A DNA stretch of 32,000 nt from Desulfotalea psychrophila LSv54 (lineage in GTDB: Bacteria; Desulfobacterota; Desulfobulbia; Desulfobulbales; Desulfocapsaceae). Below, piece after piece: positions 18,818-27,853 of the stretch; position 1 is the stretch's first letter; each line of letters opens with the position of its first letter. Location of the stretch: contig NC_006138.1 in the NCBI RefSeq assembly GCF_000025945.1, positions 3,120,001 through 3,152,000 on the forward strand, read 5' to 3'. Below the pieces are notes generated by a model. The model was not told the origin of the DNA. It ran no database searches and saw only the letters and a program-made list of their open reading frames with translations. The translations under genes were made by a program, and so were the position numbers.

Positions 18818-19390
18818 TTGAGAATTATTAGTGGTAATGCGCGTGGCAGAAAATTATTTCCGCCACGCAACAATAGTATTCGCCCCACCTCCGACAGAGC
18901 ACGAGAGGCTCTTTTTTCTATCCTTGGTGAACGTGTAGAAGGTTCCTGTATACTTGATTGCTATGCAGGAACCGGAGCCCTTGGTATTGAAGCCCTCAGC
19001 CGTGGTGCAAAATCCGCAGTTTTTATCGATAACTCTAAAGACTCTTTAGAAAATACCGCAAAAAACATCCAATTAGTCTACCCATATCTTGATTCTCCTA
19101 TGATCAAGGTCATCCAACATAACCTCGCTCAATCTCTTCCTCTGCGTAAGTTAGAGTCGATAAATTTCGGCAAAGCAGATATTATTTTCGCAGACCCTCC
19201 CTATTCCAAGGGTTTAGGCCAACTTTTCCTTGACCAATTGGGAGAAACAAAGTTATTACAATCAACTGGTATTGTTGTAATTGAGGAAAGAGTAAGCGAA
19301 ATATTACCGGAGAAAACCACGAACTTTCTCCTCCAGGAGAGACGCACCTACGGCGAAGCCTCTTTTTGGTTCTATACGCCCCTGCAATAA
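18818..19390 (+). CDS. rsmD: 16S rRNA (guanine966-N2)-methyltransferase, probable TTG start
   Basis: LRIISGNARGRKLFPPRNNSIRPTSDRAREALFSIL...ILDCYAGTGALGIEALSRGA, catalytic IIFADPPY. TTG at 18818-18820 matches the expected N-terminus. Confidence 0.9.
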   Translation: MRIISGNARGRKLFPPRNNSIRPTSDRAREALFSILGERVEGSCILDCYAGTGALGIEALSRGAKSAVFIDNSKDSLENTAKNIQLVYPYLDSPMIKVIQHNLAQSLPLRKLESINFGKADIIFADPPYSKGLGQLFLDQLGETKLLQSTGIVVIEERVSEILPEKTTNFLLQERRTYGEASFWFYTPLQ

Positions 19391-19430
19391 ATTTCGCCGA
19401 TTTACAAATTTATTTTTCACACAAAATATT

Positions 19431-19943
19431 ATGAGTCTGCATACAGAAAACTCCCAACCCTCCATCGGAGTTTACCCAGGTACCTTTGACCCTATCACCA
19501 ATGGTCATATAGACATTATAGAGCGTGCCCTAGCTCTCTTTGACACAGTTATTGTTGCCATTGCCGTAAACGGCCAAAAGCAACCTCTTTTCAGCGGTGA
19601 GGAACGAAAAGAGATGATTGAGAAATGCTTTGAAAAAGAGAAGGGCAGGATAATCGTCAAGATTGTCCCATCTGGACTATTGGTTAATTTTGCCGTAGAA
19701 CAGGGGGCAAGGGCAATTATTCGTGGCCTACGGGCAGTCTCCGATTTTGACTACGAGTTTCAGCTTGCCCTAATGAACAGAAAATTGGTACGGGAGGTAG
19801 AAAGTATCTTTCTTATGACTGCCTTTCGCTGGATATATATCAGCTCGTCCCTAATCAAGGATGTTTCTAAAAACGGCGGTGATATAAGCGATTTAGTTCC
19901 AAAACATGTGGAGAGGTTACTTGAGGAGAAGTATAGGCCCTAA
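19431..19943 (+). CDS. coaD: Phosphopantetheine adenylyltransferase
   Basis: IGVYPGTFDPITNGHIDIIERAL...RGLRAVSDFDYEFQLALMN...YISSSLIKDV. Confidence 0.96.
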   Translation: MSLHTENSQPSIGVYPGTFDPITNGHIDIIERALALFDTVIVAIAVNGQKQPLFSGEERKEMIEKCFEKEKGRIIVKIVPSGLLVNFAVEQGARAIIRGLRAVSDFDYEFQLALMNRKLVREVESIFLMTAFRWIYISSSLIKDVSKNGGDISDLVPKHVERLLEEKYRP

Positions 19944-19952
19944 AGACCTAGC

Positions 19953-19987
19953 AATGCTGTGGTAGTAGCTACCACAGCATTTTTTTT
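19953..19987 (+). terminator. Rho-independent terminator of coaD
   Basis: AATGCTGTGGTAG-tag-CTACCACAGCATT perfect 13-bp stem followed by a T-run. Confidence 0.9.
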
Positions 19988-22424
19988 ACCTGCTATTAAT
20001 TTCTGACCGCAATTGGGAAATTTCTTCACCCAGACCATTTCGCAACTCTTCCAACTCTGCTTTAATTGCATTGACCTCTTCCGTAAGCGATAGTTCTCTC
20101 CCAGCCTCCTCTTCCATCGCAGCATAGAGCAACTCATCATTTTCCTTCTGAACAGATAACTCTTCTGCTGGCACAGGGCTTGTGGCAATATCCTCTCCCT
20201 GTTTATCTACGGCACCCATCACAAAATAACGGGAGATAAGGTCCTGTTGCCACTGCAGCACAGCATAGGTCTGCTGACAGAGTATCTCCTCACCAGCACT
20301 GCGGCGAAGGAGACAGCCCTCTTCCATGGATTCAACAAGAGACTGCAGGAGATGATAGGATCGGTCATCGGCCAAGTAGAGGTAACGATCAATATGCTGA
20401 GCAAGGGTGGAGATCAACTGCAAAAATGACTTCAACAAAATATGTTGGGGATTTTTTTGCCTCAGCTCATTTATATCAGCAACCAGACCCTGAGTAATTT
20501 TTTTATCCAGAACAAACCCCAGAGACTCTATATCCCCCTTAAGCGCCAATAGGGAGAGAGGATCTATAGAAGGAGAGGAACTCAACTCAGGCTGCTCTGC
20601 AGCAATAACAAAATCCTGAGGAGTATCTTCTGCCACTTCCTGAAGGACAAGCCCCTCTGTATCCAACCGGGCCATTTCTTTATCCTCTACTGCTCCTACA
20701 GGAAACGCCTCCTCCACAGATGCATCAACCACGCCCATCTCAACCGGGGCAGATTCTTCATCAAGAAAAGAGAGCACTGGATCCAATGCCTTCTCTAAAA
20801 CAAGGTCTGTTGAAGCAACCACCTCCTTATTCTCTGGTAAAGCTAGAGCCGGAGCAACATCGGAAAGGCCTGCAATCGGTTCAAAGAGTGGGACTGTTTT
20901 CTCACCCACAACCTCCTCATCATCCCCTTCAACATCAAGCCCACCAAGAAGTACCTCCCGGTCAACTGAGCTAAAATCTCCACTGGGAAGATCTCCCGCA
21001 AAAAACTCATCCAAGAGAGCTGTGGTCTCAGCAGAGACATCCTTTTCCTCCACCAGTCCTACGGGAGGGAGGTCAGCGGAGATGCCTGTGGGCACAGCCA
21101 CTACAGCTGCGGGAGAAGTTCCTCGCTCAAACTCAGCTGCAGAATCTGGTTTTTCATCAAGAAAGGAGAGCGCAGGAGCCAGGGTTTGCTCCAGGGCAAG
21201 GTCTGTATCCAACTCCTCCACAGGAGATGGCGCAGAAACAATATGAGAGAGGGCGGCAATCGGCTGAGACAAAGCCTCTTCCTCATCATCCTCTGTCCCC
21301 ACGAAAACTCCTTGCAAAGCAGCATCCAGATCAGAATTTGGAGCGGCAGGATCCTCGGCAGAATTCCACTTCTGTTGATCATCGCCTACCTCTTCAGCGA
21401 AAAAACTGTCCAGGCGCTCCGTTAATTCCTCCTCAGCCAAGACACTACTGGTAGCATGCTCATCAAAGCCATGCACCGCGTCAGCAGGCATATCGGCAAA
21501 GGCGGGCAGGATTTCTGCGACCCCAGTAGTTTCCTCAGCAGAGTCCTCCTCAGGCTTATCTGCTCTATCCATATCCAGAGCCTCAGGAGAGAGGGTGGTG
21601 GCTATTTTTTCTTTAAAAAGATTAAACTCCTCAACCTGTTTTAGCAAAATATCCTTTTCTTCTGCACGAGAAAGTGAAGAAAATGCTACTTTTTCCAAGG
21701 TTTCTAAAAAATTATGGAGAATCGTAAAGACTTCGATATCTGCATCACCTGCCTTGTGGGCAATATAGGCAATGAGGGTTCCTATACCCTGAAGCAAGAG
21801 GAGGCAGGGTTTATTTTTCTTAAAGACCCCTTCCAGACGCAAGACCTCTTGCCGTAAATCGGCAAGTTCGCCTATGCTAATCTCCCAGTCCACCCCCATA
21901 ATAAGTGTTTTAAGTCGCTGCAAGACCGAACTATCATTGGAAAAATCACGGCTCTTTTTTGTTCTCTGCCAGGAGACTATATCCTGCTTAAGAGTTTTAA
22001 AAAGCTCAACATCTCCATAGAGTAGCTCTTTTTCCTTTTCGCCACCTATCTCATGGTTTGAAACAATTTTTTCCAGGCTATTAAAAAAATGAGGAAGCAT
22101 GGTGACAGAACGAGGATAAGCGTCTACTTTTTTCTGATATATATACTTACTCATCTGCTCAAGAATCTGCAGATAAACCAGTTTCACCTGGTCTTCAGCC
22201 CACATATCACGCAAGAGAAGAATCTCTTGATTAAACTGAAGAAGGTTTTCATCCGTTATGTCCCAATCAAGAGAAACAACCAAAGATTTCAACTGAGTCA
22301 AAGGTGATTCCGGGGCATAGTTTTTCAATAAGTCAAAGTCATCTTGCTGGTGATAATCAGCAAAATTATCCATGTCTACTGTCAAATCGTCATCGTACTG
22401 CCCTGCCTTAGAATGCTCTACCAT
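19986..22424 (-). CDS. 812-aa acidic protein with three ~105-aa helical repeats and a low-complexity linker; function unknown
   Basis: Single long ORF directly downstream (9-nt gap) of the MglA-like GTPase gene. The three repeat modules and duplicated linker are described in the findings. Heptad-like C-terminus LTEEVNAIKAELEELRNGLGEEISQLRSEI. Confidence 0.88.
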   Translation of the reverse strand: MVEHSKAGQYDDDLTVDMDNFADYHQQDDFDLLKNYAPESPLTQLKSLVVSLDWDITDENLLQFNQEILLLRDMWAEDQVKLVYLQILEQMSKYIYQKKVDAYPRSVTMLPHFFNSLEKIVSNHEIGGEKEKELLYGDVELFKTLKQDIVSWQRTKKSRDFSNDSSVLQRLKTLIMGVDWEISIGELADLRQEVLRLEGVFKKNKPCLLLLQGIGTLIAYIAHKAGDADIEVFTILHNFLETLEKVAFSSLSRAEEKDILLKQVEEFNLFKEKIATTLSPEALDMDRADKPEEDSAEETTGVAEILPAFADMPADAVHGFDEHATSSVLAEEELTERLDSFFAEEVGDDQQKWNSAEDPAAPNSDLDAALQGVFVGTEDDEEEALSQPIAALSHIVSAPSPVEELDTDLALEQTLAPALSFLDEKPDSAAEFERGTSPAAVVAVPTGISADLPPVGLVEEKDVSAETTALLDEFFAGDLPSGDFSSVDREVLLGGLDVEGDDEEVVGEKTVPLFEPIAGLSDVAPALALPENKEVVASTDLVLEKALDPVLSFLDEESAPVEMGVVDASVEEAFPVGAVEDKEMARLDTEGLVLQEVAEDTPQDFVIAAEQPELSSSPSIDPLSLLALKGDIESLGFVLDKKITQGLVADINELRQKNPQHILLKSFLQLISTLAQHIDRYLYLADDRSYHLLQSLVESMEEGCLLRRSAGEEILCQQTYAVLQWQQDLISRYFVMGAVDKQGEDIATSPVPAEELSVQKENDELLYAAMEEEAGRELSLTEEVNAIKAELEELRNGLGEEISQLRSEINSR

Positions 22425-22433
22425 AACTGATCT

Positions 22434-23039
22434 CTAAAGTAATTTTTTCTGTATAGAAACCACCGTTGAGGAAATGATTTTCTTCAGGGTTGCTGCCACG
22501 TTATAACCAGTAATTGCACTTGCCTCGAATGAGGGCACCTTAAGCCGGCTATTAAGATCTTGTTCTAGAACAGAAGTTGGTAAAATGGGGATGCCATGTT
22601 GGCCAAGGTCAACCTTGTTATATTGTAAAACAAGGGGAATATCAAAGATATTTTCTTTATACGACTGCAGATTTTCATGCAATTGATTCAGGGATCGAAT
22701 ATTTTTTTCCCGTTGTTTTTCCATTGCATCGGCTACAAAAACGATCCCATCAACACCACGCAGAACAAGCTTCCTCGTGGCATTATACTTCACCTGCCCA
22801 GGTACCGTATAAAGTTGTATTTTTACGTCATAGCCCTTGACCTTACCCATATTAAAGGGCAAAAAATCAAAGAACAGGGTTCTATCGCCATGAGTCTTCA
22901 GGCTGACCATTTCCGATGATATCTGTTTGCGATACGCCTTATTAATATACTCAAGGTTCGTTGTCTTACCACAACGGCCAGGACCATAATAAACAATCTT
23001 GACCTGAACAATTTTCTCTTTTAGGTTAATGAAACTCAA
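22434..23039 (-). CDS. MglA-like small Ras-family GTPase
   Basis: P-loop YYGPGRCGKTTNLEYI, THGDRTLFFDFLPF, LYTVPGQVKYNATRKLVLRGVDGIVFVAD, NKVD. Confidence 0.93.
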   Translation of the reverse strand: MSFINLKEKIVQVKIVYYGPGRCGKTTNLEYINKAYRKQISSEMVSLKTHGDRTLFFDFLPFNMGKVKGYDVKIQLYTVPGQVKYNATRKLVLRGVDGIVFVADAMEKQREKNIRSLNQLHENLQSYKENIFDIPLVLQYNKVDLGQHGIPILPTSVLEQDLNSRLKVPSFEASAITGYNVAATLKKIISSTVVSIQKKLL

Positions 23040-23092
23040 GATAAACCTCCCACAAATTGTCTCTCCGATTTTAAATATTTCGGTTACGACCT

Positions 23093-23497
23093 CTACTTCT
23101 CCTTAGAACCCCAAATCGTTCTTATCCCCTCAATGACATCAACAACATTAAGCCTTAAAAATCCGAGAGAAATATCTTTACCAAACATACAGATAAGAAG
23201 TAACTCATCATCTATTTTGCTAAAATGAATACTGGAATCCTGACCTTTGTGGAAGAGTAGAGAAAACTCCTGCTCTCCTACAAGTTTCGCCATCGCATCT
23301 ACAGTCGCAAAATTTCCTGCCGCAAGAGCTGCAAAAGAATAAACATCATACTTACTTTCAGTATTATCCTTAGCCGTTATAATATTTCCTGCCATATCAA
23401 TAACTACAACACAGTCGACACCCAAATCAATCAACTTGGTCGTTATTATCTGATCGATTTGCTCAATCTGCTCCTGGCTGACGATCCCATAGTTCAT
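23093..23497 (-). CDS. Roadblock/LC7 domain protein (MglB-like)
   Basis: 134-aa ORF with VDCVVVIDMAGNIITAKD...DVYSFAALAAGNFATVDAMAKLVGEQEFSLLFHKGQDSSIHFSKIDDELLLICMFG, typical roadblock alpha/beta pattern, directly upstream of the GTPase. Confidence 0.87.
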   Translation of the reverse strand: MNYGIVSQEQIEQIDQIITTKLIDLGVDCVVVIDMAGNIITAKDNTESKYDVYSFAALAAGNFATVDAMAKLVGEQEFSLLFHKGQDSSIHFSKIDDELLLICMFGKDISLGFLRLNVVDVIEGIRTIWGSKEK

Positions 23498-23844
23498 ACA
23501 TTTAACCTCTTTATAAAATATTGATTTCCCTCAATGACTCCACAGACAAGCCTAAGTAAAGCCTTATGAAGGACTCAGCACGGACAAGCCCAAATGATAA
23601 TTTTTCGTCCCCCGAACTCCTGCTTTTCAAGAAGTAACAATACAAAACTTCAGCGACAAGGAGAAAAAGAAGAGCTTTAAATGACCTTCTTCTCATCTGG
23701 GCATCTCAATAATTCCCCAGCCCCTGTTCCACAAAAAGAGCATCGAAAAAATCCTTTCACTCTAAGAAGTAACGAATTAATAATATTCTAACATAGATAA
23801 AAGAAAAACATAGCTACAAAACTCACACAAAACAGAGGTCTCTT

Positions 23845-24657
23845 TTGAAAAAACATAGCCTACCTACTTTACCGAAAGATATTAAGGTAATTGATACTCA
23901 CTGTCATCTCGACATGGACGCCTATCAGGAAGACGGATTTGCCCAGGTCCTGGCCAATGCCCTGCAAAACGGGGTAAGCAAAATCATCACCATTGGTACC
24001 AATCTGGAAAGCTCCATTGCCGCCATCAAACTGGCCCAGGCACACGACAATGTTTTTGCCACCATAGGCGTCCACCCCCACGATGTCGACAGCATGGATC
24101 AGAAGACCTATGAAACACTCACTCAACTGGCCAAAACACATCCTGCCGAGGTCGTTGGCTACGGTGAAATTGGACTTGACTACGCAAAGCTCCATACACC
24201 CGCAGAGCTGCAAAAAGAGCACTTCGCAAAACAACTGGAATTAGCCCAGGAGTTACAGTTACCCGTCAGCATCCACTGCCGGGACGCCCAGGAGGATATG
24301 GTAGAGATATTAAGAGCGATTGCCCCCCTGCCTCAAGGCGGAGTTATTCATTGCTTTTCCGGAGACAAGGCCTTTGCTCATGCTGTCCTTGAACTTGGTT
24401 TTTATATCTCCATTCCAGGAATCATTACATTTAAGAATGCCCAGGAACTACAAGAGGTGTGTCAAATGGTTCCCCTTGAGAGATTGCTCCTTGAAACCGA
24501 CGGACCCTTTCTCGCCCCGGTACCATATCGCGGCAAACGCAATGAACCCGCCTACGTCCTCTACACATTAGAAAAGGTTGCCAATCTACGAGAAATATCT
24601 ATTATTGAAGTTGCCCTACAGACCACCCAAAATGCCCAAAATCTTTTTCACATTTAG
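23845..24657 (+). CDS. tatD: TatD-family metal-dependent hydrolase
   Basis: VIDTHCHLDMDAYQED, GVHPHDVD, VGYGEIGLDYAK, LPVSIHCRDA, IHCFSGD, LLLETDGPFLAP. Confidence 0.95.
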   Translation: MKKHSLPTLPKDIKVIDTHCHLDMDAYQEDGFAQVLANALQNGVSKIITIGTNLESSIAAIKLAQAHDNVFATIGVHPHDVDSMDQKTYETLTQLAKTHPAEVVGYGEIGLDYAKLHTPAELQKEHFAKQLELAQELQLPVSIHCRDAQEDMVEILRAIAPLPQGGVIHCFSGDKAFAHAVLELGFYISIPGIITFKNAQELQEVCQMVPLERLLLETDGPFLAPVPYRGKRNEPAYVLYTLEKVANLREISIIEVALQTTQNAQNLFHI

Positions 24658-24665
24658 GAGTAGAT

Positions 24666-25355
24666 ATGATTTGCCAAAACATCGCCCAAGTAAAAGAACG
24701 TATTGCTCAAGCTGCAAAAAAAGCAGGTAGAGCCCCGGAAGATATCCAACTGGTCGCTGTCTCCAAGAGGCTTCCCGCAGAGACCGTTCTCCAGGCCATT
24801 GCCTGTGGACAACAGCAATTCGGTGAGAACTACATTCAAGAGGTACAGGAAAAAAAAGAACTTATCGGAGACAAGGCGCGTTTCCATTTCATCGGCAACC
24901 TACAGAGCAACAAGGCAAAAATGGCCGCTACCTACTGTAGCATGGTCGAAACCGTCGATCGCCTTAAGATTGCCAAGGCGCTGAACAAACACTCACTAGA
25001 ATTAGACAAAACACTGGACATCCTGGTCCAGGTAAATATCGGTCAGGATCAGAACAAATCAGGTACAGACAAGGCAGAGGCAGCTGAACTCATCCGCCAA
25101 ATAAACAAACTCCCGGCTCTACGCATCCGTGGCCTGATGACCATCCCCCCCCTGCACAAAGAGCCAGAGGATTCACGACCACATTTTCGCAATTTACGCA
25201 CGCTCGCCGAAAAGTTGGTGTCCGAAAATATTCTCCAGTGCGACGGCAGGGTAGAGCTTTCCATGGGCATGTCAAGCGACTATCATATAGCGATAGAAGA
25301 GGGCGCTACCATCGTCCGGGTAGGAACTGCAATTTTTGGAACCAGAGTAAACTAA
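24666..25355 (+). CDS. yggS: YggS-family PLP-binding protein
   Basis: IQLVAVSKRLPAETVLQAIACGQQQFGENYIQE...FHFIGNLQSNK...LSMGMSSDYHIAIEEGATIVRVGTAIFG. Confidence 0.94.
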   Translation: MICQNIAQVKERIAQAAKKAGRAPEDIQLVAVSKRLPAETVLQAIACGQQQFGENYIQEVQEKKELIGDKARFHFIGNLQSNKAKMAATYCSMVETVDRLKIAKALNKHSLELDKTLDILVQVNIGQDQNKSGTDKAEAAELIRQINKLPALRIRGLMTIPPLHKEPEDSRPHFRNLRTLAEKLVSENILQCDGRVELSMGMSSDYHIAIEEGATIVRVGTAIFGTRVN

Positions 25356-25359
25356 AAAA

Positions 25360-25392
25360 AAAGGTCGTATTCCATGAAGAAATACGACCTTT
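25360..25392 (-). terminator. Terminator of the gene at 25421-25666
   Basis: AAGGTCGTATT...AATACGACCTT inverted repeat with a T-run on the minus strand. Confidence 0.8.
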
Positions 25393-25420
25393 ACCAAACA
25401 AAAGTGACTGTAAATAAAAT

Positions 25421-25666
25421 TTACTTGCCCTTTGATGCTCTTTTTGCTGCTTTCAGTGGGTTGATACGTACTTTGCTTACAGCAATCTCAATTTTTGCGT
25501 GAGTTGCAAAGTTACACATCCCAAGCTTCCACTTTGCTTCAGGGTTGAGGTAGGTAGAGCAAAACTTGTTGCCCTCTTGCTCTACGATCCTATCACAGCC
25601 TTCACACTTTTCAACAACTACCTTAAAGCAACCATCATTATAATTCACAGCAGCGTTTTTTTGCAT
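25421..25666 (-). CDS. Small cysteine-rich protein, resembles the PxxKW family
   Basis: 81 aa: ...VVEKCEGCDRIVEQEGNKFCSTYLNPEAKWKLGMCNFATHAKIEI.... Four to five Cys and the NPEAKWKLG segment. Confidence 0.75.
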   Translation of the reverse strand: MQKNAAVNYNDGCFKVVVEKCEGCDRIVEQEGNKFCSTYLNPEAKWKLGMCNFATHAKIEIAVSKVRINPLKAAKRASKGK

Positions 25667-26055
25667 TCTAAGTCCTCCAATTCTTTTAACAGGTATATAT
25701 CCATCCGATTCGCAATCGGCAAATCAACATTTCTACAACAGCATAAAAATGATATCTATCCAGTGAACCATGCTTTATACTACATGTGTTGATACGGTAC
25801 AAGAACTTTTCGCCACACAGAGAAGATGCCCTATTATTTGTTGATAAAAAAAGCTTCTAAAATATTGATAAGAAAACAAACTAGATAAATAGCTTGTTCT
25901 CTATGTTTTGGTGATGATATTATGAAATATGTGACTTTTAACATGCCATATAAAAATATTTTACAAGAAGCACGCATATCAAGGCCCACGCTCTGATAAT
26001 ATCACAAAAAAAATCGCAGACCATACAACTATATCCCTAGAAGCGGAGATGATCC

Positions 26056-27261
26056 ATGCCTATTTATACTTGGAAAGGAGTTAACTCCTACGGCGATAAA
26101 CGTAAAGGTGAGGTGGAGGCAGTAGATGCGACTGCCGCACTTAACCAAATTAAACGTCTACGTATAAACGCCCCTGTTATCAAGGAAAAGCCCAAAGATT
26201 TATTGGCAAGTATCTCTTTTTTTCAGCCTAAGGTAACAGGTAAGGATATTGTTATTTTTACCAGAATGCTTTCGACCATGATCGATGCAGGCCTTCCTCT
26301 GGTACAGGGTATAGAGATATTGGAACAACAACAGGAAAACCCCACCTTTAAAAAGGCTATCGGCAAAATCAAGGGCGATGTCGAATCCGGGACAACCCTG
26401 GCCGATTCTATGCGAAAACACCCAAAAATATTCGACAAGCTCTTTACCAATATGATTGAAGCAGGAGAAACAGGTGGTATACTTGACACCATCCTGCAAA
26501 GACTTGCCGCCTTTATGGAAAAGTCTATGGCCCTGAAGAAAAAAATAAAAGGAGCCATGACCTACCCTACAATATGCCTTGCTATATCCATTCTCATCCT
26601 CATCATTATTCTGGTTTTCGTCGTACCCGTCTTTTCACAAATGTTTGCCGATTTTGGTTCCAGCCTGCCCCTGCCCACGCAAATAGTTGTCAATATGAGT
26701 GATTTCTTCAAAAACAATATCATATACATGCTTATCGCCCTCTTTGCTCTCATGGCCGCTGTCAAAAAAATATACACGACCGAGAAGGGGCAAATCGCAA
26801 TAGACAAAATACTTCTTCAGGCACCTGTTGTAGGGCCACTTCTACGCAAGGTTGCTGTGGCAAAATTCACCAGAACCCTCAGTACCATGCTGCAAAGCGG
26901 TGTCCCCATCCTCGAAGCACTTCAGGTTGTTGCCAAAACCGCCGGCAACAAGATCATTGAACGGGCCGTTTTTCGGGTAGCAGATGGTATCGCCGAAGGA
27001 CGCCCCATGGCAGAACCCCTTGAAGAGAGCGGTGTCTTCCCCAATATGGTTACCCAAATGATTAATGTAGGTGAATCGGTGGGAGCACTCGATGCAATGC
27101 TGGAAAAAATTGCAGACTTTTACGATGGGGAGGTGGATCAGGCTGTTGATAACCTTACTGCCATGATCGAACCTTTTATGATGGTTTTTCTCGGCGGCAT
27201 GATTGGTGGCTTGGTTGTCGCCATGTATCTGCCTATCTTTAAAATGGCCTCTGTTGTTTGA
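26056..27261 (+). CDS. pilC: Type IV pilus / type II secretion inner-membrane platform protein (PilC/GspF)
   Basis: YTWKGVNSYGDKRKGEVEAVDATAALNQIKRLRI, FTRMLSTMIDAGLPLVQGIEIL and repeat FTRTLSTMLQSGVPILEALQVV, C-terminal LTAMIEPFMMVFLGGMIGGLVVAMYLPIF. Confidence 0.94.
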   Translation: MPIYTWKGVNSYGDKRKGEVEAVDATAALNQIKRLRINAPVIKEKPKDLLASISFFQPKVTGKDIVIFTRMLSTMIDAGLPLVQGIEILEQQQENPTFKKAIGKIKGDVESGTTLADSMRKHPKIFDKLFTNMIEAGETGGILDTILQRLAAFMEKSMALKKKIKGAMTYPTICLAISILILIIILVFVVPVFSQMFADFGSSLPLPTQIVVNMSDFFKNNIIYMLIALFALMAAVKKIYTTEKGQIAIDKILLQAPVVGPLLRKVAVAKFTRTLSTMLQSGVPILEALQVVAKTAGNKIIERAVFRVADGIAEGRPMAEPLEESGVFPNMVTQMINVGESVGALDAMLEKIADFYDGEVDQAVDNLTAMIEPFMMVFLGGMIGGLVVAMYLPIFKMASVV

Positions 27262-27462
27262 TTTTCACAAAAATCAAACAATCACCTTTATTAGCAATAA
27301 GTTGCCCCTCCAACTTGACAGGGAAGGGCATGAACATGTTTTTCGCAATTTTTTTTACCAAATCACGTCTCTTTTATCACTTTTTTCGTTGATAATATTG
27401 ACTTTCTCCCTATTAAGCATAAACTTATACCAGTAACCATCTATATACAGGAGGAGGAGAAA

Positions 27463-27747
27463 ATGACGCTCACTAAGGCAGACCTGATTCAACAGGTCTA
27501 TAAAAAGCATGAAGGTCTCACAAAAGCTCAAGCGACAGAATCTGTTGAAGCTTTTCTAAGAATCTCCAAAGACGCACTTATCTCTGGTTCCGACCTGTTG
27601 CTAAGTGGTTTTGGGAAATTCAACGTTAAAGACAAAAGTTCAAGAAGAGGGCGAAATCCTCAGACTGGTGACGAGCTTACCCTTGAGGCAAGACGGGTTG
27701 TAACCTTTAAACCTTCGGGAATTTTGCGCGATAAAATTAATGCTTAA
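27463..27747 (+). CDS. ihfA: Integration host factor alpha-type / HU-family DNA-binding protein
   Basis: LTKADLIQQVYKKHEGLTKAQATESVEAFL...LLSGFGKFNVKDKSSRRGRNPQTGDELTLEARRVVTFKPS. Confidence 0.9.
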   Translation: MTLTKADLIQQVYKKHEGLTKAQATESVEAFLRISKDALISGSDLLLSGFGKFNVKDKSSRRGRNPQTGDELTLEARRVVTFKPSGILRDKINA

Positions 27748-27821
27748 ATAAAATCTTATTGCCGCCAAAAGCATTACGCCTTATTTTTGTTTTTAACAGG
27801 CTAATTTTAGAAGTATACATG

Positions 27822-27853
27822 CACCGTTACATTCATTTGTAACGGTGTTTTTT
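27822..27853 (+). terminator. Rho-independent terminator downstream of ihfA
   Basis: CACCGTTACA-ttcatt-TGTAACGGTG plus a T-run. Confidence 0.88.

Noticed and set aside
23511-23696. 61-aa minus-strand ORF upstream of the roadblock gene
   Set aside because: Short, with no clear family signal or start context. More likely leader or promoter DNA.
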